Positions 29,248 to 32,000 of a stretch of 32,000 bases of DNA are shown in pieces. Source of the stretch: Aliivibrio fischeri ES114. Its GTDB lineage: Bacteria; Pseudomonadota; Gammaproteobacteria; Enterobacterales; Vibrionaceae. The notes below the pieces were generated by a model. It saw only the letters and a program-made list of their open reading frames with translations. It was not told where the DNA came from and searched no databases. The number at the start of each line of letters is the position of its first letter. Positions within the stretch are counted from its first letter, which is position 1. Made by a program: the position numbers and the translations under genes. The stretch is from assembly GCF_000011805.1 (NCBI RefSeq), contig NC_006840.2; one strand, written 5' to 3'.

Positions 29248-30987
29248 ATGATTGAAGTGAAACGTCGAACAGTACCATCCTCAACTCAACTTCCTGATTC
29301 GATACCTCCGATTTTGCAGCGAATTTATGCAGCGAGAGGGATTACATCAAGCTCGCAGCTTGAGCGTGGTGCAAAATTTTTACTATCATTTCAATCAATG
29401 CACGGTATTTCTAAAGCTGTAGATATCCTAGTTGAAGCAATTCAAAAGCAAACTCGTATTATCGTTGTTGGGGATTTTGATGCCGATGGTGCAACCAGTT
29501 CAGCATTATCTGTAATGGCATTTCGTATGATGGGAAGTCAAAATGTCGATTACTTGGTGCCTAACCGATTTGAAGACGGCTATGGCTTGAGTCCTGATGT
29601 TGTGGATCAAGCAAAAGAGATGGGTGCTGAGATCATCATGACCGTTGATAATGGTGTTTCATCCATTGATGGTGTTTTGAAAGCAAAAGAATATGGTATG
29701 CAAGTTGTGGTAACGGATCATCACTTACCTGGTGCTCATTTGCCTCTTGCTGATGCGATTGTAAACCCTAATTTAGAGGCGTGCGCATTCCCATCTAAAT
29801 CTTTAGCAGGTGTAGGTGTTGCCTTTTATTTAATGCTTGCTATTCGTGCTCGTCTTCGTGAAATAAATTGGTTTGAAAAACAAAATATAGCGATACCGAA
29901 TTTAGCTGATTTACTTGATTTAGTTGCGCTTGGGACTGTGGCTGACTTAGTTGCTTTGGATGAAAATAATCGAATTCTTGTTCATCAAGGTATTCAACGC
30001 ATTCGCGCTGGTAAGTGTCGACCAGGGATCCAAGCGCTGATTGAAGTGGCTAACCGAGTTCCATCACGTATTGTTGCTTCTGACTTTGGGTTTGCGTTAG
30101 GCCCAAGAATAAATGCAGCGGGTCGTTTGGATGATATGTCATTTGGTGTTGAGCTTTTAATGTCAAATAATATTCATGCCGCTCGTCGTATGGCGGCAGA
30201 ATTAGATTCATTAAATCAAACTCGAAAAGAAATTGAGCAGGGCATGAAAGAAGAAGCCATGGCTATTTGTGAGCGATTAGAGTTTGGTGCTCAAAGTGAA
30301 TTGCCTTTTGGATTGGTGTTGTTTCAGCGTGATTGGCACCAAGGTGTTATTGGTATTTTGGCTTCACGTATAAAAGAAAAATATCATCGTCCTGTCATTG
30401 CTTTTGCTGACGGTGGTGATGGTTTTATTAAAGGATCATGCCGCTCTATTGCAGGCTTTCATATGCGTGATGCATTAGATTTGATTGATACTAGAAATCC
30501 AGGCCTTATTTTGAAATTTGGTGGACATGCTATGGCTGCTGGATTAACCATTAAAGAGGCGGATTACAAAAAATTCAGTCAAGCTTTTGATGATGTCGTC
30601 CGTGAGTCGGTAGAAGAAGAAGCTCTTAAAGGGATTATTTTATCTGATGGTGCACTAACACCAGAAGAATTTACATTAGGTACGGCTGAAATTATCCGAG
30701 CGGGTGGACCATGGGGACAAGCTTTTCCTGAGCCTATTTTTGATGGTGAATTTAAAGTATTAAACCAACGTCTAGTGGGCGAAAAACATCTTAAATTAAT
30801 GTTAGAGCCGATTCACCGTGATTTTCCAACCAATAAAATGGTTGATGCTATCGCATTTAATATTGATGTTCGCCGTTGGCCAGATGCTTCAGTTCAAAAA
30901 GTAAAGTTAGCTTATCGACTCGATATTAATGAATTTCGTGGAAATCAGACCTTACAGCTTATGGTTGAGAACATTGAACCACTTTAA
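29248..30987 (+). CDS. recJ: Single-stranded-DNA-specific exonuclease RecJ
   Basis: IIVVGDFDADGATSSALSVMAF, TVDNGVSSIDGV, VTDHHLPG DHH-family motifs; start MIEVKRR at 29248 preferred over track MKFMIEV at 29239. Confidence 0.95.
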   Translation: MIEVKRRTVPSSTQLPDSIPPILQRIYAARGITSSSQLERGAKFLLSFQSMHGISKAVDILVEAIQKQTRIIVVGDFDADGATSSALSVMAFRMMGSQNVDYLVPNRFEDGYGLSPDVVDQAKEMGAEIIMTVDNGVSSIDGVLKAKEYGMQVVVTDHHLPGAHLPLADAIVNPNLEACAFPSKSLAGVGVAFYLMLAIRARLREINWFEKQNIAIPNLADLLDLVALGTVADLVALDENNRILVHQGIQRIRAGKCRPGIQALIEVANRVPSRIVASDFGFALGPRINAAGRLDDMSFGVELLMSNNIHAARRMAAELDSLNQTRKEIEQGMKEEAMAICERLEFGAQSELPFGLVLFQRDWHQGVIGILASRIKEKYHRPVIAFADGGDGFIKGSCRSIAGFHMRDALDLIDTRNPGLILKFGGHAMAAGLTIKEADYKKFSQAFDDVVRESVEEEALKGIILSDGALTPEEFTLGTAEIIRAGGPWGQAFPEPIFDGEFKVLNQRLVGEKHLKLMLEPIHRDFPTNKMVDAIAFNIDVRRWPDASVQKVKLAYRLDINEFRGNQTLQLMVENIEPL

Positions 30988-31256
30988 TTCATGAATAATC
31001 CGTAAAACACGTTAATTTTCACTGAACAACTCATTAAAAAAGACTTAATGAGTTGTTATGTTTATGGTCTAGTTGCAAACAGATAGGCCTTATTTTTCTT
31101 TGGGAAGTTAAATAAAAAACGTTTTGGTGTGATGTTTTTTACACCATTTTCTCAATCTTTATTGTTCTTGCTTTCAGAGGGTGAAATACCTCGATTTCTA
31201 TCACACTTTTGGTTAAAATCTCTCGGTTATTTTTTATTCGGCGATGATAAAACACC

Positions 31257-32000
31257 ATGTTCGAAATTAATCCTATTAAAAACCGTCTCCAGGATGTGTC
31301 TGAACGCACAAATATCCTGAGGGGGTACCTTTGACTATGACGCTAAAAAAGAGCGTCTAGAAGAAGTAAATGCAGAGCTAGAACAACCGGATGTATGGAA
31401 TGAACCTGAACGTGCACAAGCACTAGGTAAAGAACGTGCATCACTAGAAGCTGTTGTTGAAACCATTGATCTTTTAGATCAAGGTGTTGAAGACGTAGAT
31501 GGCTTACTAGAACTTGCGGTTGAAGAAGAAGATCAAGAAACCTTTGATGAAATTGAACCGGAACTGGCTGAGTTAGAAGCTAAGCTAGCGAAACTTGAGT
31601 TTCGTCGTATGTTCTCTGGTGATCACGATGCTTCTGACTGTTATATCGATCTTCAATCAGGCTCTGGTGGTACAGAGGCTCAAGATTGGACTTCTATGAT
31701 GCTGCGTATGTATTTACGTTGGGCTGAAGCAAAAGGCTTCAAAGTAGAAGTTATCGAAGTATCAGAAGGTGAAGTTGCTGGTCTTAAAGGCGCAACAGTT
31801 CGTATCGCTGGTGAATACGCTTATGGTTGGTTACGTACAGAAACTGGTGTTCACCGTTTAGTTCGTAAATCGCCATTTGATTCTAGTGGTCGTCGCCATA
31901 CTTCATTTGCATCTGCATTTATTTATCCAGAGATTGATGACAACATTCAGATTGATATCAACCCTTCTGATTTACGTATTGATGTTTACCGTGCTTCTGG
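31257..32000 (+). CDS. prfB: Peptide chain release factor 2, expressed through +1 programmed frameshift; 3' end outside window
   Basis: 31257-31331 reads [25 protein letters not shown], then in-frame TGA at 31332-31334; +1 frame from 31333 reads [42 protein letters not shown]...[22 protein letters not shown]. Confidence 0.97.

Noticed and set aside
31129-31320. 63-aa plus-strand ORF before and overlapping prfB
   Set aside because: It overlaps the start of prfB out of frame, has no recognisable domain or convincing ribosome site, and sits in AT-rich leader sequence. Most likely chance.
31332-31334. In-frame TGA in prfB as a sign of a pseudogene
   Set aside because: The context is the well-known programmed +1 frameshift and the downstream frame is intact with RF2 motifs.
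1-32000. CRISPR array, prophage, transposase or biosynthetic cluster
   Set aside because: No regularly spaced direct repeats, no transposase or phage genes, and every substantial coding region is a conserved housekeeping gene. No undescribed multi-gene system is supported by this window.

Overview
This window is ordinary chromosomal core sequence from a Vibrionaceae member, probably Aliivibrio (inference from protein sequences and intergenic repeat style). Gene order: mltC(partial)-yggX-mutY (-) | trmB, glsB (+) | hemW-rdgB-DUF4426-yggU-yggT-proC-yggS (-) | pilT-pilU (+) | ruvX-yqgE-gshB-rsmE-endA-sprT-metK (-) | tktA-epd-pgk-fbaA (+) | srmB, trmN6 (-) | brnQ (+) | fldB (-) | xerD-dsbC-recJ-prfB(partial) (+). 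I see no defence island, mobile element, CRISPR array, biosynthetic cluster or rRNA/tRNA gene, and nothing that supports a new multi-gene system. The observations most worth a second look are: (1) all four convergent gene junctions (glsB/hemW, pilU/ruvX, fbaA/srmB, brnQ/fldB) carry a related, structure-rich intergenic element. It has nested inverted repeats, an AAGAGC-headed inner stem in three of the four, CTAG-dense flanks in three of the four, and words shared between loci; (2) the pilU 3' end looks shifted by one base in a G run; (3) prfB has the classical +1 programmed frameshift; (4) candidate MetJ and PurR/LacI-type operators upstream of metK, tktA and fbaA; (5) hairpins in several intergenic regions. 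Several ORF-track starts are over-extended (mutY, gshB, proC, yggU, pgk, recJ).
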